A stretch of DNA of 62,203 nt. It comes from Phycisphaerae bacterium (GTDB lineage: Bacteria; Planctomycetota; Phycisphaerae; SM23-33). Positions 31,201 to 40,384 of the stretch are shown here, in pieces (the first letter of the stretch is position 1; each line of letters opens with the position of its first letter). Where the stretch lies: contig JBNGDC010000007.1 in NCBI GenBank assembly GCA_049975485.1, positions 26,153-88,355 on the forward strand. The letters run 5' to 3'. The notes beneath the pieces are model-generated. The model was given only the letters and a program-made list of their open reading frames with translations, did not search any database and was not told the origin of the DNA. Position numbers and translations under genes: made by a program.

Positions 31201-31483
31201 GTTGTTCAACGTCATCGGCGCCGGCGGGGAGTTCCACCGCATCGGTCGCAAAGCCGAAACGCGCAGGTTCGCCGAAAGTGCCAAGACGACGCGCGAAGAC
31301 TTCGTCGAGCGACGTGACAAGGTTCTGGCGACGGCGGCCGGCTTCGCGGCCGCTATGCGCGAGGGGCGGTTCGACGTACTGCCGACGGACAAGTGCCCCG
31401 CGTGGTGCCCGGTGAAGGGCATATGCCGCTTCAGCCGCTTCCGCGGCGAGCTGAAGCAACCCGAAGGGGGCGACCATGATTGA
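28211..31483 (+). CDS. addB: AddB/RexB-like helicase-nuclease subunit (PD-(D/E)XK nuclease, Fe-S staple)
   Basis: RGPAATGKT, DGFTDFTPTQ, SASQLNTFGQCP, IRGKIDRVD, VIDYKTG and CPAWCPVKGIC. Confidence 0.85.
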   Translation: MGDSAEHLDLAGRIISSSAAAVLLRGPAATGKTRAVLECYRRLDGTDGKPAAMLLAPNVRASARYRRTLLESSETGVLVSPRVQTFAALADDVLAATQRGGRSLSALRRHLLLRRIVRLLASAGELAVLGPLADTPGLVPALEASIAELKRAAVEPDELARAVRGREGRTADLLKVYTRYQQELHDSDTYDLEGRMWLARDTLAAAREARDVGLDGVRLVAADGFTDFTPTQLEILSHLLRLTGRVVLTLPVADDGRERLWHWTNRTLEQIRRTFTDSLEEISLSPEPPTGGLRALWDRGFNTPADDPPPDGVSVISAPDTDAEVSAVAMRAKRLLAGGTPAGRIAVIARSLEHYRESVERIFAAYDVPVRPAPRPLTDVPIVRFLLAAAGLAAANFPSHDVLRMIRNSYFRPEALGDFDETTVCAAEAVIRYANILQGRESYSAAFERLAATAERDTPGEEPEDEEDVPAARLPYDATTLRSAGRMLEALFGLVAPAAADGQAVDTAALATLAEKLRLRDAACEADDDVIRARDMLALNSLESALEAMDPAPADMTELARALGTVSIPAPRSEEMVEVLDALDARPIRYNHVFVLGAAEGDFPRRFTESSLIQESDRLRWSQHGVRLDQRDEIARREMLLFYLAASRADQTLTFSYQAPDGSSEGLGVSPLLLSLLEPFGGLEALRNAGRFETVPPGRFVQPDDELCSRRDALNAAVAGLFGARENPSALAWAQSQARESLTSVARGLWAYERRWQNGPCNEYDGRVTDERLLRQLQRRFGPEAVFSASQLNTFGQCPWLFFATYLLGLEPPVEPQRRLEPVGRGLFVHSVLRRTFESLREGPGGSVRLTDIDERRIEEALAAAVEEESRRVERTRPPYPALWRLQQRQMHREMADYLARLREADNGEAVHFELGFGLDRGLDESDAASTSEPAELDTPDGPLKIRGKIDRVDRAGTEGKPVWMVIDYKTGSLPSARDIDEGRSMQLPLYSAAVETLFNVIGAGGEFHRIGRKAETRRFAESAKTTREDFVERRDKVLATAAGFAAAMREGRFDVLPTDKCPAWCPVKGICRFSRFRGELKQPEGGDHD

Positions 31484-34400
31484 TGTCCGCAAGCTTACCG
31501 ACGCACAGCGCCGCGCCGGCATCAAACGCATCGGCGACAACCTGGCCTTGCGCAGCGGCGCCGGCTGCGGAAAGACACTGGTCCTGACTCGCCGGTTCGC
31601 GGAGCTTCTGCTGAACGTCGGCCGCGACGCCAATCCACTGGACCGCCTGGTGGCCGTCACGTTCACCGAAAAGGCGGCCATGGAGATGACCTCCCGCGTG
31701 CGGAAGTTCCTCTCGGCCCGCGCGGCACAGGCCCGCTCGCAGGCGGACCGCATGCTCTGGCGCAACTGGGTGCAGGAGCTGCCCGAGGCGCGCATCTCCA
31801 CCATCCACGCCTTCTGCGCCCGGCTGCTTCGTACCTGCGCCGTAGAGGCGGGGCTGGACCCCGGCTTCGCCGTCTGCGCCGACGAGCTGCTCACCGCCCG
31901 GATGCGCAACGAAGCGGCCGAGCAGGCCCTGCTGGCCGCCGTCGAACGCGAAGACGAGGACGCGATGTCGGCACTGAACCTGCTGACCTTCGACGCCGCG
32001 GCCGCGGGCGCCCGGACGCTTCTGGAGACACGCACGAGCTGGCGACCGGAGGACTACTCCGATGCGGAATCTGTTCTCGCCCGCTGGGATAAGCTTCTGC
32101 GACAGTACCGCGAAAAGCTGTTGGACGACATGCGTCGGGACATCGCTCTGGCTGCCGCCGCAAGGGTACTGGAGGACCTCTCCTGCGACGACCCTTCGGA
32201 CAAGCTGGCGCCGGCGCACGCGGCCGCTCGGGAGTTCACTGTTCAAGTCTTTCAGGAAGGAACCAGGCCGTCGCGGGAGGCGGCCGAATCCGTTGCCGGC
32301 GTGGACCTCAGGGGCGGCAGCCAGAAGAACTGGGGCGGCAAGGAAGCCAAGAAGGAGCTTGTCGAAGCCCTGAAGGTCGTCCGCCAGGCCGCCGGTAGCT
32401 GGATCGAGGCGGCCGAAGGGCTCGGCGAAGCCGACCGTCAGTCGGCGGAAACTCTGGTTACGCTGGTCCGGCTGGCCCAGGAGGCCAACGAACTGTACGC
32501 CGCCGAGAAGCGTGGCCGCGGACTGCTGGACTTCGACGACCTGTTACTGACGACTCACACGCTTCTGTCCGAGCACGACGAAACGGCCCGGCGGCTTCGG
32601 GAGGGTCTGGACCAGTTGCTGCTGGACGAGGCCCAGGACACCGGCGCGCTGGAGGTGGAGCTGCTAAAGAAGGTCATCGGCGACGGCGAGGGCCGGCTGT
32701 TCCTCGTCGGCGACGACAAGCAAAGCATCTACCGCTTCCGCGGCGCGCAGGTGGAGGTCTTCCGCGACTGGTGCGACGAGCTTGGCCCACGCCGGCTGGA
32801 GGATCTGGACCTGTCCTTCCGCACACACCCGGCGGGAGTGGCCTTCATCAACCATCTCTTCGGGCGGCTGATGGGACAGACCTACGCGCCCATCCAGGCA
32901 CATCGCGGCGACAGCCCCCCGCAGCCGTCCGTCGAAATGGTGCTGGTTTCCGGCGACGAGCACAGCCCTGTCAGCAACTCCGACGACGCATGGCGCGCCC
33001 AGGCCGACGCGACGGCCGAGAGGATACGCGAGATGCTGGATAGTCGTGAGGCGCTGGTCCGCAACGCCGACGACACCGGATGGAGGCCGGTGCGACAAGG
33101 CGACATCGCCGTGCTTATGACGCGCATGACCAACACAGCCCCGCTGGAGCGGGCACTGGCGCAGCGCGGGATCGACTACTACGTGGTGGCCGGCACCGGC
33201 TTCTTCCAGCGCCAGGAGGTGCTGGACCTGCTGAACGCGCTCCGCGCCATCGACAATCCTCGGGACGACGTGGCCTTGGTCGGCGTGCTGCGCAGCGAAA
33301 TGTTCGCTGTGACCGACGAGTCGCTGCTGAAGCTCCGCGAGAGTGTCTCGCCGCCCTACTTCCCCGCCCTGCTGGCGGACGGCCCGGCAGAAGCGCTTCC
33401 CGACGACCAGGCCGACGCCTGCCGCCGCTGCGTGGAGATGATACGCGACCTCCACAGGCGGAAGGATTCCGTCGGGATAGGCGAGTTGCTGGAGGAGGTC
33501 CTCTCGGCGACGGGGTACGAGGCGGTCCTGCTGAGCCGCTTCCAGGGCCGGCGCATGGTGGGGAACATCCGACGCACCGTGGAGCTTGCCAGGCAGGCGA
33601 CGGTATCGGGCCTTACGCTGGCTCAGTTCGTGAGGCAGATGTCCGAACAGACGGCCGAGCAGAGCCGCCAGGAGCAGGCCGCCGTCAGCGGCGAGCAGGA
33701 GGACGTGGTTCGGCTGATGACCGTCCACAAGGCCAAGGGTCTGGAGTTTCCGGTGGTGATCCTGCCGGACCTCAACCACACCCGCCAGGGACCGAAGGGT
33801 CCGTTGCTGAACCGGCTGGACTGGGGATGGACGCTGAACGTCAGCGGCGACGAGGAGTCCGGTCCGTCGGAGGAAAAGCCGCTGTCCTTCCGCGTCGCCA
33901 GAAAAATAGAGGCCGAGGACCAGAAGAGCGAGGACATCCGCACGCTGTACGTGGCCGTTACAAGACACCGCGACCACTTGGTATTCGTCGGCGCGGATGT
34001 GAGAGACAAGAACGGCGAGACTATCAAGGGCGACAATACACTCTCGCAGCTCAACGAGGTCTTCGGTCTGACGGCGGCAGCGGACGCCGGGCGCGACCGC
34101 ATCGGCTACGGCGACGGATATGAGCTGGCGCTGAAACAGGTGAAATGGAGCCCGGTGCGCGGGCTTGGCAAACAGTCCAGCCGGGGCGGGCAGTTGTTGC
34201 GTGCGGCTTCGTCGCCTGTTCAGTTCGTGGAGGCGGTTGCGTCGGCCGGCGGCAAGAAGGAAAGCGAACCGCCCCTGCTGGGCCCTCTCCCAGCCGACGT
34301 AGGTGACGTTGAGGTCGCGGTGACTGCACTCAGTGATTTCGAACACTGCCCGTTGCTGTACCGTCGGCGGTACGAGTTGCGCATGCCGCCGCCGGACCGC

Positions 34401-35054
34401 CGGGCCGCCGAAGCTTCCGCAGGCCCGGACGCGCTGACTCTGGGCACGCTCTACCACCGCGCGATGGAGTTGGTGGACTTCGACCGTCCCCAGCCGGCCG
34501 ATGCCCTCATCCGCCGGGCGGCGGCCGATACGGAACTGGACGACGATGCGGAGCCGGCGACCATAACGGCCGAATTCGAGCGGATGCTAGAGACGCTCAG
34601 GCAGACAGCGCTTTGGGAGTCGCTGAAGAAAGCCGACACGAAGCTGCGCGAGCTGGACTTCATCCTGGAGCTTTCCCCGGCCGTGCTCCGCGGGCAGATA
34701 GACCTGCTGGTCGGCTTCCCCGACCGCGGGTGGGAAGTAATAGACTACAAATCCGACCGGGTGTCCGACGAACACCTCCCCGAGCACGCCGCGGGCTATG
34801 AACTGCAGATGCTCTGCTACGCATTGGCCGTCCGCGCCTGCATGGGCGAAGCGCCCTCAAGCGCGCGTCTGGTGTTCCTGCGAAGCGGACGGACTTACGA
34901 GTTTGACGTAACCGATGAAAAGCTCTCGGCCGCCGAGCGGGACATTTCCGAACTGGCCCGGCGGCTCATATCCGCGCGCCGCAGCGGACGGTTCGAGCCG
35001 AAGCAATCGCCGGCATGCCGCCGTTGCCCCTATGCCCGGCTGTGCGGTCTCTGA
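31476..35054 (+). CDS. addA: AddA/RexA-like UvrD-family helicase-nuclease subunit
   Basis: SGAGCGKT, VTFTEKAAMEM, LLDEAQDT, VGDDKQSIYRFRGA, MTVHKAKGLEFPVV, LYVAVTR and RGQIDLL...IDYKS. Overlaps addB. Confidence 0.9.
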   Translation: MIDVRKLTDAQRRAGIKRIGDNLALRSGAGCGKTLVLTRRFAELLLNVGRDANPLDRLVAVTFTEKAAMEMTSRVRKFLSARAAQARSQADRMLWRNWVQELPEARISTIHAFCARLLRTCAVEAGLDPGFAVCADELLTARMRNEAAEQALLAAVEREDEDAMSALNLLTFDAAAAGARTLLETRTSWRPEDYSDAESVLARWDKLLRQYREKLLDDMRRDIALAAAARVLEDLSCDDPSDKLAPAHAAAREFTVQVFQEGTRPSREAAESVAGVDLRGGSQKNWGGKEAKKELVEALKVVRQAAGSWIEAAEGLGEADRQSAETLVTLVRLAQEANELYAAEKRGRGLLDFDDLLLTTHTLLSEHDETARRLREGLDQLLLDEAQDTGALEVELLKKVIGDGEGRLFLVGDDKQSIYRFRGAQVEVFRDWCDELGPRRLEDLDLSFRTHPAGVAFINHLFGRLMGQTYAPIQAHRGDSPPQPSVEMVLVSGDEHSPVSNSDDAWRAQADATAERIREMLDSREALVRNADDTGWRPVRQGDIAVLMTRMTNTAPLERALAQRGIDYYVVAGTGFFQRQEVLDLLNALRAIDNPRDDVALVGVLRSEMFAVTDESLLKLRESVSPPYFPALLADGPAEALPDDQADACRRCVEMIRDLHRRKDSVGIGELLEEVLSATGYEAVLLSRFQGRRMVGNIRRTVELARQATVSGLTLAQFVRQMSEQTAEQSRQEQAAVSGEQEDVVRLMTVHKAKGLEFPVVILPDLNHTRQGPKGPLLNRLDWGWTLNVSGDEESGPSEEKPLSFRVARKIEAEDQKSEDIRTLYVAVTRHRDHLVFVGADVRDKNGETIKGDNTLSQLNEVFGLTAAADAGRDRIGYGDGYELALKQVKWSPVRGLGKQSSRGGQLLRAASSPVQFVEAVASAGGKKESEPPLLGPLPADVGDVEVAVTALSDFEHCPLLYRRRYELRMPPPDRRAAEASAGPDALTLGTLYHRAMELVDFDRPQPADALIRRAAADTELDDDAEPATITAEFERMLETLRQTALWESLKKADTKLRELDFILELSPAVLRGQIDLLVGFPDRGWEVIDYKSDRVSDEHLPEHAAGYELQMLCYALAVRACMGEAPSSARLVFLRSGRTYEFDVTDEKLSAAERDISELARRLISARRSGRFEPKQSPACRRCPYARLCGL

Positions 35055-35061
35055 GGTGCTC

Positions 35062-36063
35062 TTACGGACAACTCGGGCAGGGCTGCCCCTTGGTAACCTC
35101 GAACGGGACGCGGATGGTCTCCATCTGCTCGACGTCGGTCTTTATCACAAGCTCGCGGCCGTTCAGCTCCGGCGATACCGGTATATCCTTCATCCAGATT
35201 CGGCGGCCTTTGCCGTCCATACCCGTTGGCTCGACTTCCACCTCCATCGCCACCGGCGGCTGGACCGAGACTATCTCGAACTCGTCCACCTTGCCCGGCA
35301 AAACGTCCACGTGCCGCCGTACGCTTCGTGACGAGTCGCGCTCCAGCAGAGATATCTTCTCCGGCCAGACCATAAGCTCGCCGATGATCATCGCTCTTAC
35401 CGGGATATCGAAGCTGCCGATTCGTTCGCTGTCGGTCTTCACCCGCACGTAGGTGTCGTGCCAGCCGCGGGGCATCGGCGGCACCGTGCGGACGGTGATG
35501 CGATGGTGCCCCGGACGGACGGTTTCGACGTCGGCCTTGAGCCAGTCCACACCCGGCTCAAGGTCCGTGACAGCGAACGGCTCGTCGCTGTCGGTCGCAC
35601 GGAGTTCTACGATATGCGAAGCCGCCTCGTCGTCGCCAGTCCGCTGGAAGGACACCCTCAGCGGGTTGACGCTCACCCACGTCTCCACCATGGCCCGCAG
35701 TTCGAGCTTCAGCCGCCTGTTGGACGGATCGTTGGTGCGGATGGTGACGTCCAGCGAAACCCGCCCCACCTTGCCGTACATGGACGCCTCGGTGGTGAGT
35801 TCCGCCGTCTCGCCGGGCGGAATCTCGGTGCGGCTGAGCCGGGGGTTGGTGCAACTGGAGCACGTCAGGACGTTGAGTATCTTCAGCGGCTCGTCGCCGT
35901 CGTTGCGAAGCACGAAGGTATGGGAAAGCGTACCAACGTTGCCCACTGTTCCGAAGTCGTGGACCGGCTGCTCGCATACCAGCTTCGCAGCGGCGTTGGC
36001 CGCCGTGGTCGCCGTCGCCGTGAGAAAAACCAACGCGATAAACCGAGGGGCAGTTCTGGACAT
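35062..36063 (-). CDS. Secreted DUF1573 (Ig-like) domain protein
   Basis: Signal peptide, then HDFGTV...HTFVLRNDGDEPLKILNVLTCSSCT...IPPGETAEL...IRTNDP. Confidence 0.85.
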   Translation of the reverse strand: MSRTAPRFIALVFLTATATTAANAAAKLVCEQPVHDFGTVGNVGTLSHTFVLRNDGDEPLKILNVLTCSSCTNPRLSRTEIPPGETAELTTEASMYGKVGRVSLDVTIRTNDPSNRRLKLELRAMVETWVSVNPLRVSFQRTGDDEAASHIVELRATDSDEPFAVTDLEPGVDWLKADVETVRPGHHRITVRTVPPMPRGWHDTYVRVKTDSERIGSFDIPVRAMIIGELMVWPEKISLLERDSSRSVRRHVDVLPGKVDEFEIVSVQPPVAMEVEVEPTGMDGKGRRIWMKDIPVSPELNGRELVIKTDVEQMETIRVPFEVTKGQPCPSCP

Positions 36064-36136
36064 GGCCGCGCCTTTCTTCGTCCGGACCAGTTTGCCGGCG
36101 AATTATAACGCGCGGCCGCGGGAGTCAGAGCATTTT

Positions 36137-37066
36137 TCAACCGTCCGCGCCGATGGCTGCGGCGAGCGGCCCGCCGGCGGCGAGCTGTTCGTACTTCTCG
36201 GCGCGATCGCCGGCGTTCCGCCGGGCGACGGGGCTGCCGGTGCGTGCGAGGTCTTCGTACCATCGGGACAGTTCGCGGCACTGGCGGGCGCTAAGCTCGG
36301 CCGGGTCCGCGGCCGCCAGCCGTACATGATGCCTCAGGTCCGCGTCCAGCTCAGGAGTGAGCAGCTTTCGGGCCGTCGCGGGGTCGTCCCGCTCCGTGAC
36401 CTCCAACAGCACCAGATGCGTGCGGGCCTCGGAGTCGTCCGGGTCGCGCTGCAGACGCTGTTTCAGCGCATCGGCGCGCCGGGCGACGTTGGCCAGAATG
36501 ACCAGCTCACGAGCGCGCTGCTGAAGCTCATCGGCGCCATCCCCGCCGCTGCGACGTGCGACCTGCCCCGCCTCGCGAGTCAGCATCGCAGCGCGGGCCA
36601 GGTTGCCGTCCCGCTCGGCCGACTCGGCAAGCTCAAGCAGCGTCGTCATAAGCTGCCGCGAAACGTCCCGGGACCAACCGGACCGGCCCGCCATCCGTCG
36701 CTGCACCTCCGCTACGCGCTGCAGGCACTCGATGCGGGTGTCGGGGAACCGCTCGGCCTGCCTGCGCATGGCCTTGACGGCGACGTCGTAGTGGCTGGCG
36801 TACCCGCTGGTCAGCTCATAGGCCCGGCGGTAGTGAAGGATTACGAACGTGCGGTTGCCGCCCCACAGCTCGGCCCGGGTCAGCATACTCCGGGCCAGCT
36901 CGAGCTTGGCGCTGCCGTCGGAGTCGGCGACGGCCCGGAATTCGTCCCCGTAGAGGTCCGAAAATACCAGCTCGCCCAGCCGGTCGGGGTCTGTGGGGTT
37001 CTCCCCGGCCCGACAAAACGCGGCCGGGGCGAGTACGACCAGAAGCATTGCTGTTGCCCGGCGCAT
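36137..37066 (-). CDS. Hypothetical secreted all-helical protein
   Basis: Signal-peptide-like start MRRATAMLLVVLAPAAFC, GGGAGGG upstream, Ala/Arg/Glu/Leu-rich helical composition. The longer ORF upstream is the antisense shadow of the ROK gene. Confidence 0.7.
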   Translation of the reverse strand: MRRATAMLLVVLAPAAFCRAGENPTDPDRLGELVFSDLYGDEFRAVADSDGSAKLELARSMLTRAELWGGNRTFVILHYRRAYELTSGYASHYDVAVKAMRRQAERFPDTRIECLQRVAEVQRRMAGRSGWSRDVSRQLMTTLLELAESAERDGNLARAAMLTREAGQVARRSGGDGADELQQRARELVILANVARRADALKQRLQRDPDDSEARTHLVLLEVTERDDPATARKLLTPELDADLRHHVRLAAADPAELSARQCRELSRWYEDLARTGSPVARRNAGDRAEKYEQLAAGGPLAAAIGADG

Positions 37067-37156
37067 CGGTCCCTCCCGGGCGGTCCCTTCCACCGCCGCT
37101 GTTTTATTATAGGATACGCCTGCGCTTGCCGACCACCGGCAGGTTCCCCGCCGGCT

Positions 37157-37185
37157 TTGACATATGTCCCCGCCGGCGGGACAAT
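37157..37185 (+). promoter_or_regulatory. Putative sigma70 promoter of the ROK gene
   Basis: TTGACA-N17-GACAAT. The direct repeat CCCCGCCGGC flanks the -35 box. Confidence 0.55.
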
Positions 37186-37247
37186 GACGAACCTTCCGAC
37201 GAACCCGGCCCTGCACCGAACTCCTCGGCCGACGGAAAGGACCACAC

Positions 37248-38216
37248 ATGGCGCGACAATGCATCGGCATAGACCTTGGGGGTACTGCAATAAAGTTCGG
37301 TCTGCTGGACGAGGACAACCAGTTCAGCGAGACGATACAGCGTCCCACACCGACCGACCGCGGCGGCGACGGCGTGGTCGAACAGATGGTTTCCGGCGCC
37401 CGCGAGCTGCTGGAGCAGGCCAAGGCCGGCGGCGACGAAATCGTCGGCGTGGGAATCGGGGCGCCGGGGCCGCTGCGGATATCAGAAGGCGTCATCGTGG
37501 CGATGCCCAACATCGCCGGGATGGAAAACGTGCAGCTCCGCGACCGTGTGGGCGAAGGGCTTAATCTGCCGGCCGTGCTGGAAAACGACGCCAATGCGGC
37601 CGCCCTGGGCGAGTTCCTTATCGGAGCCGGTCGGGCGGCGCAGAACATGGTGCTGCTGACGCTGGGGACCGGGCTGGGCAGCGGTATCATAATCGAAGGT
37701 GAAATACTCCACGGTGCCCACGAGATGGGCGCCGAGATAGGCCACATGATAGTCCAACCCGGCGGCGAGCAGTGCGGCTGCGGTCAGCAGGGCTGCCTGG
37801 AGCGGTACTGCTCGGCGAAGTACCTGGCCCATCGCGCCGCCCGGCGAATACGGGATGAGAACATCACCGGTCCGCTGGCCGGGAAACTGCGGGAAAAGGG
37901 TGAGATAGACTCCCTGGATATCGAGCGGGCGATGGAAGCCGGCGACGACTTCGCGGCGGAGATGTGGGACGAGGCGGTTTACTACCTGGCCGTCGGATGC
38001 GTGAATATCTGCCGGATATTCGACCCCGACGAGATTGTGCTCGGCGGCGGTCTGACCGGGGCGGGCGAAGTACTGACGGGCCCGCTGCAGAAGCATTTCG
38101 AACGGTTGCACTGGTCCATGGCGCCGGTGACGACGAAAATAGCGTTGGCGCGGCTGGGCAACGACGCCGGCGTCGTGGGTGCGGCGGGCGTGGCCTGGCG
38201 GGCGTTCGGCCGATGA
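37248..38216 (+). CDS. ROK family sugar kinase (glucokinase-like)
   Basis: IGIDLGGT, ENDANAAALGE, LTLGTGLGSG and GAEIGH...CGCGQQGCLE. No HTH. Confidence 0.93.
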   Translation: MARQCIGIDLGGTAIKFGLLDEDNQFSETIQRPTPTDRGGDGVVEQMVSGARELLEQAKAGGDEIVGVGIGAPGPLRISEGVIVAMPNIAGMENVQLRDRVGEGLNLPAVLENDANAAALGEFLIGAGRAAQNMVLLTLGTGLGSGIIIEGEILHGAHEMGAEIGHMIVQPGGEQCGCGQQGCLERYCSAKYLAHRAARRIRDENITGPLAGKLREKGEIDSLDIERAMEAGDDFAAEMWDEAVYYLAVGCVNICRIFDPDEIVLGGGLTGAGEVLTGPLQKHFERLHWSMAPVTTKIALARLGNDAGVVGAAGVAWRAFGR

Positions 38217-38292
38217 AATGCCCGACCAAAACCGCCGATATGTGTATATCGCGGACCGCGAATTCACCGGACGCCCGGATGCGGAAAAGACA

Positions 38293-39801
38293 ATGAAACA
38301 CTACTACCCGAATTTCGATGAGTTCCTGAAGCTCTCCGAGCAGGGAAACACCATACCCGTGTACCGTCAGTTGCTGGCCGACGCGCTGACTCCCGTGACG
38401 GCCTTCCAGCGTCTGAGCCGCCCACCGGGATTCGCGCCGGCCAGGAACGCCTTCCTGCTGGAGAGTGTCGTCGGCGGCGAGCGCATCGCCCGGTTCAGCT
38501 TCGTAGCCGCCGACCCCGAGGCCGTCTTCGAGGCCCGCCGCGGCAAGATCACCATCCGCCGCCTGGCGGCCGAGCCGCAGGAAATGACCAGCGACGACCC
38601 CCTCGCCGAGCTGCAGAAGCTGGTCGCGGAGTATCGCCCGGTTCACCTTGCGGGTCTGCCGAGGTTCACCGGCGGCGTGGTCGGCTACGCGGGCTACGAC
38701 ATGGTCCGCTACTACGAGCAATTCGGCGAAGGCCCCGAAGACGACCGCGACCTGCCGGACATCTACTTCGGGCTGTACCGCACGATGGTGCTGTTCGACC
38801 ACGTTTCCAAGACCATCAAGGTGGTCTCCAACGCCCACGTGACCGACGATCCGGGCAAGGCATACAGCGAGGCCACCGAGGCCATCGAAAGGACCATCGC
38901 CCGCCTGCGCGAGGGCGACGGACAGGCCGTCGGCGAGATTACGCTGGAGCACCTGCCGCAGATTCCCTTCGAGAGCAACTTCTCGCGGGAGGACTTCGAG
39001 CAGGCCGTTGAAAGGTGCAAGGAATACATCCGCGCGGGCGACATATTCCAGGTGGTCCTGTCACAGCGGCTGGCCGTGCGTGCGAAAGCCGATGCGTTCG
39101 ACATTTACCGCGCGCTGCGTGTGGTCAACCCCTCGCCGTTCATGTTCCTGCTGAACACGCCGGACGTGACGCTGGTGGGCAGCTCCCCGGAGATCCTCTG
39201 CCGCGTGGAGGACGGCGTGATAACCAGCCGTCCGCTGGCGGGCACGCGGCCGCGCGGGCAGACCGACGAGCAGGACAAGCAGCTCGAGGCCGAACTGCTC
39301 GCCGACGCGAAGGAGCGGTCCGAGCACGTGATGCTGGTGGATTTGGCGCGGAACGACGTAGGGCGGGTGGCCGAGCCGGGCAGCATCAAGCTCGACGACG
39401 TCATGACCGTGGAGCGTTACAGCCACGTCATGCACATCGTATCGAACGTCACCGGCAAGCTGGCCGAGGGCATGACGCCTTTCGACGCGCTGCGTGCGTC
39501 GCTGCCGGTGGGCACGGTCTCCGGAGCGCCGAAGATACGGGCTATGGAGATCATCGACGAATTCGAGCCGACCCGACGCGGGCCTTACGCAGGCGCGGTG
39601 GGGTACGTGGATTTCGGCGGGAACATGGACACCTGCATAGCCCTGCGAACCATGGTGGTCACAAAGGACAAGATATACATCCAGGCGGGCGCGGGTATCG
39701 TCGCGGACTCCGTCCCCTCCCGGGAGTACGAGGAAACCATCAACAAGGCCCGGGCGCTGCTCAGGGCAATCGAGGTCGCCGAGGCGGGCTTCGAACGATA
39801 G
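38293..39801 (+). CDS. trpE: Anthranilate synthase component I
   Basis: AFLLESVVGGE, IFQVVLSQR, NPSPFM, GSSPE, EHVMLVDLARND, GTVSGAPKIRAM and QAGAGIVADS. Confidence 0.95.
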   Translation: MKHYYPNFDEFLKLSEQGNTIPVYRQLLADALTPVTAFQRLSRPPGFAPARNAFLLESVVGGERIARFSFVAADPEAVFEARRGKITIRRLAAEPQEMTSDDPLAELQKLVAEYRPVHLAGLPRFTGGVVGYAGYDMVRYYEQFGEGPEDDRDLPDIYFGLYRTMVLFDHVSKTIKVVSNAHVTDDPGKAYSEATEAIERTIARLREGDGQAVGEITLEHLPQIPFESNFSREDFEQAVERCKEYIRAGDIFQVVLSQRLAVRAKADAFDIYRALRVVNPSPFMFLLNTPDVTLVGSSPEILCRVEDGVITSRPLAGTRPRGQTDEQDKQLEAELLADAKERSEHVMLVDLARNDVGRVAEPGSIKLDDVMTVERYSHVMHIVSNVTGKLAEGMTPFDALRASLPVGTVSGAPKIRAMEIIDEFEPTRRGPYAGAVGYVDFGGNMDTCIALRTMVVTKDKIYIQAGAGIVADSVPSREYEETINKARALLRAIEVAEAGFER

Positions 39802-39841
39802 AGCACGGGCGGCTTCATTTCGCGAGGGTTACGAAGACACC

Positions 39842-39982
39842 ATGTCCGCTGAGGTTTCCGACGGAAACTTCGGCGGGCTGTGGCAGCCGGCGATCCGCCC
39901 TTCGGCGAACCCAAGGCCCAGAGTCCCGATAGCATCGGGATGGCGGGACAGTTCGCGATTCGCAATTTGCGACTCACGATTC
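39842..39982. repeat. Palindromes plus heptamer repeat between convergent trpE and vanZ-like genes
   Basis: Hairpin GTCCGCTGAGGTTTCC-GAC-GGAAACTTCGGCGGGC, palindrome TCCCGAT-AGC-ATCGGGA, and GATTCGC-type heptamers at 39950-39982. Confidence 0.55.
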
Positions 39983-40384
39983 TTACGCGGTCCGTCGGCG
40001 CAGCAGCTTGACCAGTACGCGGCCGCCTTCCCAGACCACAATCGCAATCGCGGCTCCAAGAAGGTCCGCCTGCCAGTCCTCCAATGTGCCGTAGCGGTTG
40101 AAGAACGGCTGAGTGGCCTCGTCGATGGCCGCGTAACACGCCAGGATTACCGCGGCGATCACGACCCGCCGCCAGGTTAGCACGCGGTAGGCCGTCAGCG
40201 TCGCCAGCAGAGCCGTCCCCAGCACGAAGAAGCCGATGACGTGCAGCGAGGTCGGCGAGGTGGGCATTTCCGGCATGCGATCGGCCGGTATGTGCGAGGT
40301 CGTGAAAGCCGCAATCCACAGGACAATGCAGACACTCAGCAGGACGCGGCGGACAGCGGCTTGACCGGTACGCCCGGCGGTCAC
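39983..40384 (-). CDS. VanZ-family membrane protein
   Basis: TM segments and YAAIDEATQPFFNRYGTLEDWQADLLG. Start overlaps the ParA stop. Confidence 0.85.
   Translation of the reverse strand: MTAGRTGQAAVRRVLLSVCIVLWIAAFTTSHIPADRMPEMPTSPTSLHVIGFFVLGTALLATLTAYRVLTWRRVVIAAVILACYAAIDEATQPFFNRYGTLEDWQADLLGAAIAIVVWEGGRVLVKLLRRRTA

Noticed and set aside
5886-35054. Dedicated DNA-repair island (mutL, uvrA, recG, addAB)
   Set aside because: The genes are separated by unrelated genes, repeats and their own promoters. No shared operator was found.
35453-37564. 703-aa plus-strand ORF and other long ORFs (e.g. 17434-18639, 41821-43728, 45701-47476, 32664-34457, 54376-55854)
   Set aside because: Antisense or alternate-frame shadows of well-supported genes, expected in high-GC DNA. 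They show no recognisable motifs.
38213-38296. trp attenuator leader peptide
   Set aside because: The short frame MKCPTK...RKRQ has no Trp codons and no terminator/antiterminator is evident.
39851-39868. parS site near the orphan ParA
   Set aside because: GTTTCC-GAC-GGAAAC has the wrong spacing and core versus GTTTCACGTGAAAC. It is part of a longer hairpin.
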